Shown: positions 27,597-37,186, counted from the first letter of the stretch. The stretch is DNA of 41,774 bases from Bdellovibrionota bacterium (GCA_044356295.1 JBIKWN010000017.1:1-41774); one strand, 5' to 3'. A program made the numbers and translations. The notes: generated by a model not told the origin, from the sequence alone.

Positions 27597-28283
27597 ATGT
27601 GTTGGTCAGGAGAAGCTTCAGCAGTCTTAGCAACGGCAGGATTTGCGAGTACAGCATATGTTGCAGTCAAGGGCGAAGATAGAAATCTTTGGATACCACT
27701 TGCTTACTTTTCATTGATGGAATTACTCCAAGCATTTACCTATTCAGTAATTGACCAGTGTTCGCTCCCTTTAAATCAGGTTTTAACTCTATTTGGCGCA
27801 CTCCACATTGCTTTTCAGCCTTTCTTTATCAATATGTTTTCTATGCATTTTATTCCTAAGGAGCGTAGAGATAAAATTGCTCCATGGGTCTTTGGTATCT
27901 GTTTTTTTGGAACAATTGCGTTCTTAATGAGGCAATATCCATTTGAATGGGCGGGTATGTGTACGCTTCAATCAGATGCATTATGTGGAGAGCGTTTATG
28001 TTCTGTTCGTGGAAGTTGGCATATCGCATGGGAAGTTCCTTTGAATGGATTAAAGATCCTTGGATGGGGTTATTATTTCCCAGCATTCTTCCTACCAGTT
28101 TTATATGGTTCGTGGAGATTTACACTTTACCATTTATTAGTAGGACCAGGTCTTGCTTTATTGACCACTGACAATTGGAATGAATGGCCTGCTGTTTGGT
28201 GTTTGTTTTCAATTGGATTATTACTGCTTGTTATAAAGACACCAATTCGGAAACTGTTGTATCAAAAATGGTGGTTTTTCTAG
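27597..28283 (+). CDS. Cys/Trp-rich integral membrane protein (resembles DUF5765, from recall)
   Basis: MCWSGEAS start, MELLQA, HIAFQP, WHIAW, NEWPAVWC; GGAGG SD. Confidence 0.75.
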   Translation: MCWSGEASAVLATAGFASTAYVAVKGEDRNLWIPLAYFSLMELLQAFTYSVIDQCSLPLNQVLTLFGALHIAFQPFFINMFSMHFIPKERRDKIAPWVFGICFFGTIAFLMRQYPFEWAGMCTLQSDALCGERLCSVRGSWHIAWEVPLNGLKILGWGYYFPAFFLPVLYGSWRFTLYHLLVGPGLALLTTDNWNEWPAVWCLFSIGLLLLVIKTPIRKLLYQKWWFF

Positions 28284-28393
28284 AGGTTCAAAATTACTCA
28301 AAATCTTGATTGAATTATAAGATGCGAGGATAGGCATCCTGTTAGCCTTATCCTAACTTATTGAGTTTATTATAAAATTATATTTTTTCTCTC

Positions 28394-28422
28394 TCAAGAA
28401 ATTGATTGTTTGATTCGATAAC
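28394..28422 (+). promoter_or_regulatory. Sigma28-type promoter, probably leaderless
   Basis: TCAAG-N16-TCGATAAC ending 6 nt before ATG 28429. Confidence 0.55.
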
Positions 28423-28428
28423 ATTGGT

Positions 28429-30072
28429 ATGTCTCACTCACAAATCATCAAATCGTTACTATCTGCCACCTTTTGCCTAACAACATTTTTTTCAGGAAAT
28501 GTATTAGCTCAAACAGTATCCTTAAAAGGTAAACTTACAAAAGCAAATGGTTATACATTAGTTTTATTAAACACTGATGGATCTTCTTCGACGGTAAAGC
28601 TAAACAACAAAGGGAATTTTACATTCTCTAAACTAAAATTAAAAAACCTTAAAGGTAGTACGTTGCAATTAGTTGGTCCTGATGGTCGATTTTACGGCCC
28701 AGTTGTTCTTGGAAAGAAAGGAACGAAGGTTTCAGTTTCTTTGAGCGGAAAAAGAAAGGGCAAGAAAAATGTTATTGATCTTGGATCGGTTAGTTTAAAA
28801 ACTGGATATGCAATTGCACCTGTTAAGTTCGATAGTACTGCATATGCAAAACCTTCAGTGAGATCTGATTCTAAAGGAAAACCAACAGGAGCTGGAAATT
28901 CAGGCATCACCACAAGTTTACTCCGCTCACGCCTTGTTAACTACGCGGGTGCGCCTGCAAACCCAGGGCAAGATTCAGATCTTGATGGAATTGTTAACTC
29001 GATTGATGCTGATGACAACGGAAATGGTGTGCTTGATTCTGCTGATCCGGCTGCAACTGGTACCGATACGCCATATGTTGGGCTCAATTTTGATTTCAGA
29101 AAAACATTGAACGCATACGTTCGAACCGGACTATCAGACTCTGTGATTAATGATGTTGTTGCAGGTGAAAATGTTTTCAATTCAACCTTCTTTATCTCAC
29201 TTCCTCAAAACACAACGGTAGATGGAGGTTACATTGTTTGTGGTGATGCACTAACATATTGCAGACGTAATAATCCGCTTGGATTCTCTGGTGGCGTGAG
29301 TGAAAGTTCTGATGCCTTCAGAGGTTTGATGAGTACACTTCTTAATTCACAAGGTTATCCTCAGTTAGAACGGATAAATATGAATGGGAATATAGCAGTC
29401 GTTTTATCAATGCAACCTCGTGTTGGTAGAGATGTCTTTAGACCGGGTGATCTATACCGTGTTGTTCTAACTTCTGGTGGTAGAGATGTTTCATCAAGAA
29501 CATTTACACTTCCTCCTTATTTTGTCTCTGTTCCTGCATTAAAAGAATATACTGCAAATAATGTAACTACTCAGGTTGATTACAATGCTGTGACACCCAC
29601 ATCAGGTGGAATAGACGGAGTATCCCCTGGACAACCTATCGTCCTAGGATCGGACGGAGTATTAGGTCTAAGTTTTTGGAGACCTCAAAGAGAAGCTGCT
29701 CGTGAAGGCGAAACCGGATATTTAGATTTTGGTGGATTAAATTACGGAGTTATCATCGAGAACGCACAAGCAACATGTTCAGGATTTTATTCATTGGTTA
29801 GTTCAGATCTAAACGAAGATACGAATGCACTAGGAAACGGAGGAAGCCCTCTTGCAAATCAAGGGGCAAATATGAATCCATTAGTTGATACACAAACTGA
29901 TAGACCAGTCAGTTCATCAAATCTTTTGAGTTTTTCTGTAGATCTTAAAAGTTGTCTGGCAAGATCTGGAGGTACGCCAGGAACATATTCGGTTACCCTT
30001 TCAGCTGCTGGTGCAGATGTGACTGGTGGACGAAATACAACGAATCAAATTTTCTACGTCTCTATACCTTAA
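28429..30072 (+). CDS. Secreted beta-rich protein with basic N-domain and DxDxDG Ca-binding-like motifs
   Basis: Signal peptide (VLA|Q), Lys-rich aa ~30-150, DSDLDGIVNSIDADDNGNGVLD. Confidence 0.8.
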   Translation: MSHSQIIKSLLSATFCLTTFFSGNVLAQTVSLKGKLTKANGYTLVLLNTDGSSSTVKLNNKGNFTFSKLKLKNLKGSTLQLVGPDGRFYGPVVLGKKGTKVSVSLSGKRKGKKNVIDLGSVSLKTGYAIAPVKFDSTAYAKPSVRSDSKGKPTGAGNSGITTSLLRSRLVNYAGAPANPGQDSDLDGIVNSIDADDNGNGVLDSADPAATGTDTPYVGLNFDFRKTLNAYVRTGLSDSVINDVVAGENVFNSTFFISLPQNTTVDGGYIVCGDALTYCRRNNPLGFSGGVSESSDAFRGLMSTLLNSQGYPQLERINMNGNIAVVLSMQPRVGRDVFRPGDLYRVVLTSGGRDVSSRTFTLPPYFVSVPALKEYTANNVTTQVDYNAVTPTSGGIDGVSPGQPIVLGSDGVLGLSFWRPQREAAREGETGYLDFGGLNYGVIIENAQATCSGFYSLVSSDLNEDTNALGNGGSPLANQGANMNPLVDTQTDRPVSSSNLLSFSVDLKSCLARSGGTPGTYSVTLSAAGADVTGGRNTTNQIFYVSIP

Positions 30073-30115
30073 TTAATCTGCCATCTTGTTGAAGTCAGGT
30101 TATTAGGTCTAGAAC

Positions 30116-30198
30116 TATCCCCGTGACCATGACCGTGAGCCTAGGCGTGAGCAATTTCTTCAGTCACGCCTACGCTCATGGTCATGGTCACGGGGATA
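30116..30198. repeat. Hexamer-periodic long hairpin (35-bp arms)
   Basis: tatccccgtgaccatgaccgtgagcctaggcgtga / tcacgcctacgctcatggtcatggtcacggggata, 33/35 complementary. Confidence 0.9.
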
Positions 30199-30284
30199 AT
30201 ATTTTTTAGAAACTTCAGCCCAGAAGTTAACGATTCATTCTCTGTAAAACTTATTATTGTCCCTTTTACTTTTTTGGAGAATTT

Positions 30285-31139
30285 ATGAATCAATCTATTA
30301 CAAATACATTTCTATCACAGTCCAAGAATGCTTCTATTGAATCATTCTTACCAACAAATACGAAGGAAGTTAATGAAGAACAGCTCTTTATAGCAACCGT
30401 ATCTCAGCAACTTCAAAAGAAAACCGACGGTGCAAACCTAGTAAAAACATTTCAAGCACACGTTACAAAAATTGTTCAAGATGGAAAGACAGCAAAAAAA
30501 CATATTCAACTAGAAGACGCTGGACAGCAAGCCATGCAGTTAATGATTCAACAGAAGCAGATAAAAAAAGAAGATGCTGATAAAATTATCAAAACGGCAT
30601 GGACCGCCGCACAGCTCGATGATAATCCTGCGCTGTGGGATAGTATTAGTGGTAAAAATGACCCAACAAAAGCTGTTGCATCAAAAGAGGCAGCAATGAC
30701 ATCAAGTCAAAAAAGGCTTGATGCAATTGATCAAGGTAAACTTGCATTGATTGATCCAAAGCAAACTTCTGCAGGTTCTGTTAAAGGGGCTCATTCAAGA
30801 AGTTCAAATATTTCCGGGTCTGCTCCACAAGGATTTTTATGGAAGCCTGTAGCCAATAGCAGTGGCACCGCTTCTGTTTTATTTGATTCATCAATTGGGA
30901 AAGAAGCTGAATCAGTCGTTATTCAGGATGCAAATGGAAATACAATTGATAAGGGAAGATTTACCAGTTTTGGCGATGATGGATCGAGAGCAAAGTACGT
31001 TTTTTCCAAAGCCGGCAAAGAGTATCCGGCAGATTCAGTCGTAGTGATCACGCTTCGTTCAGGTGAACAGATCAAAGTTTCAGTCTCTGATCCCGCGAAA
31101 AGACTAGAGAAAAGCAGTATTTCGAATACAAATAAGTAA
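30285..31139 (+). CDS. Hypothetical protein (helical N-domain, Ser-rich linker, GFLWKP beta-domain)
   Basis: 284-aa ORF with GGAG SD; no signal peptide. Confidence 0.8.
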   Translation: MNQSITNTFLSQSKNASIESFLPTNTKEVNEEQLFIATVSQQLQKKTDGANLVKTFQAHVTKIVQDGKTAKKHIQLEDAGQQAMQLMIQQKQIKKEDADKIIKTAWTAAQLDDNPALWDSISGKNDPTKAVASKEAAMTSSQKRLDAIDQGKLALIDPKQTSAGSVKGAHSRSSNISGSAPQGFLWKPVANSSGTASVLFDSSIGKEAESVVIQDANGNTIDKGRFTSFGDDGSRAKYVFSKAGKEYPADSVVVITLRSGEQIKVSVSDPAKRLEKSSISNTNK

Positions 31140-31152
31140 TACTTTTAGAAGT

Positions 31153-31167
31153 TGGCAGAACTCTTGC
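31153..31167 (+). promoter_or_regulatory. Sigma54-type promoter of fliK-flgD-flgE
   Basis: TGGCAGAACTCTTGC (GG-N10-GC). Confidence 0.7.
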
Positions 31168-31218
31168 CGTACTCTTGTTTCACTGCAGTTTGGACACAAA
31201 GATTACGGCAATTTCTTC

Positions 31219-32832
31219 ATGCAAATTCAAGATATCGTTAAAATAAACGCTTCTACCACAGATGGAGCAAAACCAGTTTCGAGTAAAGATGAGGCACTTT
31301 TTGCCGAGTTCACAAAAACGCTCGATAAAATTGTAACAAAGCTTCAAAGCCAGGATCGTTCCACAGCATTTACTACTCAGTCTGTTGAAAAAGCGCATAG
31401 TGATCAGAAGCAGCAACAAGAAAATATATCAGATAAGAAAATCTCAGACAGAATTAATCAAGATGATGAAAGAAATAAAAAACTGGATTTGATTGTTGCC
31501 AATCAAGTAAAGCTAGGCTCAAAGGATGCTGATGCTTCAACAAATCAAAATGATAAAAAAACATCTAAAAATCAAACAGAAGAGAGCCAAGATCAAGCTA
31601 GCTCTAACGATACTGATGAAGTAGCCCCGTCTGATGAATCTGAAATTGGAAGCATCGAAAAAGAAGAATCTATATCAGATGCAGCTCTAGTAACTATACA
31701 GCCAACACCACAAGTTTTGCTCTCGCAAAAAACAACCGTCAAGGATGAACAGACTGTGGGAGGTGAAGAAGAAAAATCTGATTTACCTTCACAGTCTGAA
31801 AATCTGTTTGGAAAAGATCTTACGCAAGAGAGTTTAGATCATGTTGGTGAACAAGTTGGACAAGATAAAAAAGGTGCTAGTTCCAATACTACAAATGCAT
31901 CTTTAGAGAGTAATAAAGCCCAGAAAATAGAGGAAGGAAGTACAGCTACAGGATCAGTGGGAATAGAGGCAAATCAAGCTATTTCAGAGCTTCAAAATCA
32001 GGCAATTTTAGCCGAAGAAGTAAATTTGGCTATCCCTACAGTAGATTCCAGAGTTAACCAGAGCGAAGATCTTAAATCAGACCGTAACATATCGAATTTA
32101 TTTGAGAAACTTATTCTAGCTCGAGCTCTTAACCAAACCAGCGACGAGTTATCAACAATGCCTCAAGGGCAGATTTTGATGGAGCAAAACCTTCAAAATC
32201 TTATGAAATCTCAATTAAATCAACAGGTTGGTAAGGTTTTAGTGAATACTGCTTCACAAAACAATATTCAGTCGGCACAAGGTTTGCAAAATCTTGTTTA
32301 TCAACCGCAGAAGGGGGCAGAAAATTCCCAACGTGGCGAGATGAAAGAAGCGATGAAAACATTGAAACCTCAATATGAAGCTCGAACCATGGAAAGGGTC
32401 GAGTCAGCTTTGAAAGAAGTTGCGCGTGCCAAGGACGGCAAAACCATCTCAGTTCGTTTGGATCCTCCAGAGTTAGGAACGTTGAAAATTGATATGTCAC
32501 TTCGTGATGGCTCACTGCATGCAAGAGTAGTTGCAGAGTCACCACAGGTTACAACACTTCTCAAAGAGAAATCTCATGAGTTAGTACAAATCATGAGAAA
32601 GCTTGGATTAAATGTTGAAAAAGTTTCTGTATCAGTAGGCGATCAAAAAGAAAGCTTTAATGGAAACTTAAATGGATTTGATAATTCAGCTCAACAGTTT
32701 TCTGAGCAACGAAGTGGTAGTGAGAGACGTTCAACAAGCAGTGGTGGTAGAAGTTCAGGACATGGCTCTGGTGATGTCCTAGGGCAACTTCGCAGTGCAA
32801 CAACAGTAGTAGATGATCATTGGGTGGCATAA
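31219..32832 (+). CDS. fliK: Flagellar hook-length control protein FliK
   Basis: Long low-complexity N-region plus VRLDPPELGTLKI...L...GLNV C-domain; directly upstream of flgD. Confidence 0.9.
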   Translation: MQIQDIVKINASTTDGAKPVSSKDEALFAEFTKTLDKIVTKLQSQDRSTAFTTQSVEKAHSDQKQQQENISDKKISDRINQDDERNKKLDLIVANQVKLGSKDADASTNQNDKKTSKNQTEESQDQASSNDTDEVAPSDESEIGSIEKEESISDAALVTIQPTPQVLLSQKTTVKDEQTVGGEEEKSDLPSQSENLFGKDLTQESLDHVGEQVGQDKKGASSNTTNASLESNKAQKIEEGSTATGSVGIEANQAISELQNQAILAEEVNLAIPTVDSRVNQSEDLKSDRNISNLFEKLILARALNQTSDELSTMPQGQILMEQNLQNLMKSQLNQQVGKVLVNTASQNNIQSAQGLQNLVYQPQKGAENSQRGEMKEAMKTLKPQYEARTMERVESALKEVARAKDGKTISVRLDPPELGTLKIDMSLRDGSLHARVVAESPQVTTLLKEKSHELVQIMRKLGLNVEKVSVSVGDQKESFNGNLNGFDNSAQQFSEQRSGSERRSTSSGGRSSGHGSGDVLGQLRSATTVVDDHWVA

Positions 32833-32834
32833 TT

Positions 32835-33494
32835 ATGGTAGATAGCGTCGTAAATTCATCGCTCATTAATTCTCTTAATCAGGGAGCTAGTGGAGCAAAT
32901 GCAGCAAAGAAAACAAAAAGTAATGAAATTGGTCAGGATCAATTTCTGCAGCTCCTGATTACTCAGTTAAAGAATCAGGACCCACTTGATCCTATGAAGA
33001 ATGACCAGTTTGCTGTTGATATGGCTCAGTTCTCTCAAGTTGAACAGCTTATTGGTATTAACGAAAAATTAAATAAATCATCATCAGGTGACCTTGGATC
33101 ATTAGCAAGCTACTTAGGAAGAGAGGTAGTAACAAAATCTGATTCAATATCTGTTTCTGGAAATGATGGCGGAAGATTAAAAATCAATCTTGCCGGTGAT
33201 GCAGCTTCAGTAAACATAGATATTCTAAATAGCGATGGCTCAGTCAAGAAAACTATTGAAGCAGGAGCACTCAAAAAAGGTGAAAACAGTATTAACCTAA
33301 AAGATCTTCAAATCAGTGATGGAGATTATAAATTTAAAGTGACAGCAAAGAGTACTAATGGTGGGGAAATTACCAATAAGGCTGAAGTAGCAGGGATTGT
33401 CAGTGGATTTATTCCAGGTGCAGATCCAAAACTATTGATAGGCTCAAAACAGATTAGCCCTTCTGAAATAGTACGAGTAGGTGTAGCAGCCTAA
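32835..33494 (+). CDS. flgD: Flagellar hook capping protein FlgD
   Basis: FLQLLITQLKNQDPLDPM...AQFSQVEQ; ATG at 32835. Confidence 0.93.
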   Translation: MVDSVVNSSLINSLNQGASGANAAKKTKSNEIGQDQFLQLLITQLKNQDPLDPMKNDQFAVDMAQFSQVEQLIGINEKLNKSSSGDLGSLASYLGREVVTKSDSISVSGNDGGRLKINLAGDAASVNIDILNSDGSVKKTIEAGALKKGENSINLKDLQISDGDYKFKVTAKSTNGGEITNKAEVAGIVSGFIPGADPKLLIGSKQISPSEIVRVGVAA

Positions 33495-33557
33495 AAAGTA
33501 AGTAGTAAAAGTAGTAGAAGTATTTTAGCGAAACGATATCTATAGAGGAATTAGACA

Positions 33558-34883
33558 GTGCCAAGTATCATAAACGGATTATTCGCAGGACGCTCAGGAA
33601 TCTCAAGTCATGGTCAAGCGATTGCTGTGATTGGCGATAACATCGCAAACTCAAGCACCCCAGGTTATAAAGCATCCCGTGCAGAATTTTCTGATCTTAT
33701 TGCAGGTGGTCAGGCATCTGGCAGAACAATTGGATCAGGGTCACAAACCTCAGCAGTAAGTACCATCATGGAACAAGGTACACTTGAATTTACTGGAAGA
33801 ACTTTGGATTTAGCGGTCGATGGAAACGGATTCTTTGCTGTTCAAGATGCAAACGGACAAAAATTTTATAGTCGTGCTGGTAACTTTAAACTTGATACGT
33901 CTGGAAATATCATCAACCAAAATGGACTTGTGGTTATGGGGTTCCCATCTAATGGAACAGGAGCACTCGAAACTATTAACGTAAACGAAGTTTCACAAGC
34001 AAACGTTGCTTCAACTAGTATCACTATTACAGGTAATCTTGATGCCTCTGAACAAGCAACAAGTGTCGCTGCTGTAGATGCACTTGCCGTTCCACTTGCT
34101 ACTACACCTGCCTCTAACGTAATAACACCTACCTACGCTGATATATCTGCACTCGCTGCTTTTTCAACAACAGTAGATATATTTGATAGTCTTGGTGCAT
34201 CGCACACTATGACAACATTTTTCTTTAAGACTGGAACAAATGCATTTATTTCTCGTTCATATGTAAACAGTGAAGATGTAGGTTCAACTGTTGAAGGTTA
34301 TCCACGCCAGGTAACGATTTCAGGTGGTACTACTTCTGCTAGTGGTACGACTACGTTAGCTTTTAATTCTGATGGTTCGCGTAGTGGGACTACGACAGAT
34401 ATTGATTTTGTTATTCCATGGAGTAATGGATCATCTCAGACGGCAATCCTTACAAGTAATCTTGATACATTTACACAGTACTCCTCTCCTTCAACAGTAA
34501 AATCTATCGCACAAGATGGACAAGGTATCGGGAACGTAACTAGTCTAATTATTGAAAAAGATGGAGATATCTTTGCTCGATTAAGTAATGGACAAACCGC
34601 AAGAGTTGGGGCGATTGGACTCGTCAACTTCTCTAACCCAGAAGGCTTAAGCCGTGTTGGTAATAACTTGATGCAACAGTCACCAACATCTGGTGAGCCG
34701 CTTACAGGTCGAGCAGGTGCTGGAACATTTGGGCAGATCTCTTCAGGTGCAATTGAGCTTTCAACAGTCGATATCGCTAATGAGTTTGTTAAAATGATCA
34801 CTCTTCAAAGAGGATTTCAAGCGAATTCAAGGATTATTACCACAATTAACCAGCTGCTAAACGATATTATTCAGTTAGCATAA
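33558..34883 (+). CDS. flgE: Flagellar hook protein FlgE (operonic copy)
   Basis: DNIANSSTPGYK, LDLAVDGNGFF, YSRAGNF, FDSLG, ELSTVDIANEF..MI..QRGFQANSR. Confidence 0.93.
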   Translation: MPSIINGLFAGRSGISSHGQAIAVIGDNIANSSTPGYKASRAEFSDLIAGGQASGRTIGSGSQTSAVSTIMEQGTLEFTGRTLDLAVDGNGFFAVQDANGQKFYSRAGNFKLDTSGNIINQNGLVVMGFPSNGTGALETINVNEVSQANVASTSITITGNLDASEQATSVAAVDALAVPLATTPASNVITPTYADISALAAFSTTVDIFDSLGASHTMTTFFFKTGTNAFISRSYVNSEDVGSTVEGYPRQVTISGGTTSASGTTTLAFNSDGSRSGTTTDIDFVIPWSNGSSQTAILTSNLDTFTQYSSPSTVKSIAQDGQGIGNVTSLIIEKDGDIFARLSNGQTARVGAIGLVNFSNPEGLSRVGNNLMQQSPTSGEPLTGRAGAGTFGQISSGAIELSTVDIANEFVKMITLQRGFQANSRIITTINQLLNDIIQLA

Positions 34884-34932
34884 CATTGTAAGCACTTGCT
34901 CCTTACGTTAGTACTGTTAGTATTTACAGTGT

Positions 34933-35886
34933 ATGGAGTTCACTGACCAAGACTTCCTTAATGAGATTCCAAAAACTAATCCTCGAGCGATTGCTCGGTT
35001 CTTAACACTCGTCGAAAATGGTAGTGAACGAGCGCGACCACTCGTAAAGAAGTTGTTTGCCCTCACTGGCAAAGCTCATATTATCGGTATTACCGGAAGC
35101 CCAGGAGCAGGTAAATCAACTCTAGTTGATGGACTAGCCGTGGAGCTAACAAAATCTGGTAAAAAGGTTGCTATTCTTGCTATTGATCCATCATCACCAT
35201 TTACCGGAGGTGCTATTCTTGGTGATCGAATTCGAATGAACAAAATTGCAGAAAATGGTGCAGTCTTTATTCGAAGCATGGCAACACGCGGAGCACTCGG
35301 TGGTCTTGCGAGAGCAACCGTTGATGCCATTCAAGTTTTAGATGCTGCTGGTTTTGATGTTCTTATCATAGAAACAGTAGGCGTAGGACAAGCTGAAGTT
35401 GATATTGTAAGAATTGCTGATTCTTGTGTCGTGGTTGTCGTTCCAGGAATGGGAGACAGCGTTCAAGCAATTAAAGCTGGTATTTTAGAGATAGCGGATA
35501 TTTTTGCTGTGAATAAAAGTGACCGTGACGGCGCAGACCATCTTGTAAAAGATCTTCGTGGTATTCTTTCATTAGCTGAATATAATCCTTCAGAATGGGA
35601 ACCAAAAATTGTTTCAACCGTTGCAACAATACTCCAAGGTATTCCAGAACTATTTGAAGAGCTTAAAAATCATAAAGAATGGTTGCAAAGTTCCACTACA
35701 GGTAAAGAGAGAAAAAAAAGAGTTTTGAAAGATATGATTATGACGCTTACCGGTGAGATCGGAGCTACAAAATCAGCTCAGATTTCAGCTGCAGAATTAG
35801 ATGATATTACAGAGCAATGTTTACAGAAAAAAATTGACCCATATTCAGCTGCTGAAATAATTTTTACGCGGTTTGCTACAAAATAA
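34933..35886 (+). CDS. meaB: Methylmalonyl-CoA mutase-associated GTPase MeaB/ArgK
   Basis: GITGSPGAGKST, DPSSPFTGGAILGDRIRM, ETVGVGQ, NKSD. Confidence 0.93.
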   Translation: MEFTDQDFLNEIPKTNPRAIARFLTLVENGSERARPLVKKLFALTGKAHIIGITGSPGAGKSTLVDGLAVELTKSGKKVAILAIDPSSPFTGGAILGDRIRMNKIAENGAVFIRSMATRGALGGLARATVDAIQVLDAAGFDVLIIETVGVGQAEVDIVRIADSCVVVVVPGMGDSVQAIKAGILEIADIFAVNKSDRDGADHLVKDLRGILSLAEYNPSEWEPKIVSTVATILQGIPELFEELKNHKEWLQSSTTGKERKKRVLKDMIMTLTGEIGATKSAQISAAELDDITEQCLQKKIDPYSAAEIIFTRFATK

Positions 35887-35908
35887 TCTAATATTAAAAG
35901 AGGAAAAA

Positions 35909-36199
35909 ATGGTCACAAGAGAATCGGTAATAGAAGTAATTCAAACAATTGAAGATCCAGAGCTTTTTTTGGATATTTGGTTTTTAGGTCTTATTTATCA
36001 TATAGGTGTAGAAGAATCAGGTCAGGTAAATATTGAAATGACTTTTACGTCACCAATGTGTCCTGCTGGTCCTCAGCTCATAGGGGAAGTAAAAGAGAGA
36101 GTGGGTGCATTAAACGGGGTGACTGGTGTTGATGTAACGGTAGTATTTGTTCCACCGTGGCAGCCCAGTGATGAAGTTAAACAAACCTTAGGAATATAA
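35909..36199 (+). CDS. SufT/DUF59 metal-sulfur cluster assembly factor
   Basis: DPEL..DI..LGLIY, MTFTSPMCP, PPW; ATG 35909 after GAGG. Confidence 0.88.
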   Translation: MVTRESVIEVIQTIEDPELFLDIWFLGLIYHIGVEESGQVNIEMTFTSPMCPAGPQLIGEVKERVGALNGVTGVDVTVVFVPPWQPSDEVKQTLGI

Positions 36200-36205
36200 A
36201 AAAAC

Positions 36206-37186
36206 GTGACGTTTCATTATTCAGAAGAACAAAATACTCTTGCTGATACTTTTAGAAAGTCTCTCGAAGCACTTTGTACCTCAGAATTCATTCGTACTAT
36301 TCGGAATAATCCGAAAAATGTACGTGAACTTCAAAAGCTCTTTTCGGATCTTGCATTTGTAGAATATATAAATGATCCAAGCTCGTCTTTCATCGACCTT
36401 GTTTTGATTGCAAAAGAATGTGGAAGAACACTTTGTTCTATGGAGCAATTTTATTCTGGATACATTTCATCCCTTGGAAGAAGAATGCAATCTGTTCCTA
36501 CTTGTTCGACAGATAGTAGTGACCTTACCGATCTTTCATTTTTAGTAAAAGGATTGCCTCATTTTCTGCGGAATAAAGATGCTAAAACAGGTTATCTTGT
36601 TGGTGAAAATGGGCTTCTTGGATACGGAAATAAGATATCCTACTGTCAAATAGATAGTATTTCTGAGCATTCTTCGATTGATATTACCGAAGAATCCTAT
36701 ACTTGCAGGATAATGAATAGCTCAGCGTTAGCTGTTCATGAATCAGAATTAGTACAACAAGAATTATGTGTATTATTTGCTGCCGAGATTCTTGGTGCTG
36801 GAGAGAAAATCTTTCAGATAACAAATGATTATGTGAAAGTGCGAAAACAATACGGCAAGACAATCTCAACATTTCAAGCTGTACAGCATCAATTGGCAGA
36901 TTGTTTTGTAAAAATCGAAAGTGCGTGGGCACTTTGTGAAGTAGCAGCAGAACAGGTATCGCAAAAAGCTGATGGCGTAGCTTTCTCTTCACGTGCTTCT
37001 CTTGCTTATGCAGCAAAACATATACCTGATGTCATCGAGGTATGCTTACAGCTGCACGGTGGAATTGGATTTACTTGGGAATATGACCTCCATCTTTACC
37101 TTCGTCGAGCATTGAAGTTGCAGGCGTTGGCAGGACTCTCAGAGAGTGCTTTAATTGCACTATGCGAGAATACTTTGTCTGGTTAG
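36206..37186 (+). CDS. Acyl-CoA dehydrogenase family protein (short, divergent N-half)
   Basis: Y.K.RKQYGK.I..FQAVQHQLAD, QLHGGIGFTWEYDLHLYLRRA. Confidence 0.85.
   Translation: MTFHYSEEQNTLADTFRKSLEALCTSEFIRTIRNNPKNVRELQKLFSDLAFVEYINDPSSSFIDLVLIAKECGRTLCSMEQFYSGYISSLGRRMQSVPTCSTDSSDLTDLSFLVKGLPHFLRNKDAKTGYLVGENGLLGYGNKISYCQIDSISEHSSIDITEESYTCRIMNSSALAVHESELVQQELCVLFAAEILGAGEKIFQITNDYVKVRKQYGKTISTFQAVQHQLADCFVKIESAWALCEVAAEQVSQKADGVAFSSRASLAYAAKHIPDVIEVCLQLHGGIGFTWEYDLHLYLRRALKLQALAGLSESALIALCENTLSG

Noticed and set aside
28321..28360. Alternative hairpins (GATGC/GCATC versus AGGATAGGC/GCCTTATCCT) after the membrane protein gene
   Set aside because: Stems are short with no U-tract and lie upstream of the predicted promoter; they cannot be distinguished from chance.
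33495..33522. AAGTAGTA micro-repeats between flgD and flgE
   Set aside because: Short, imperfect and low-complexity; no evidence of function.
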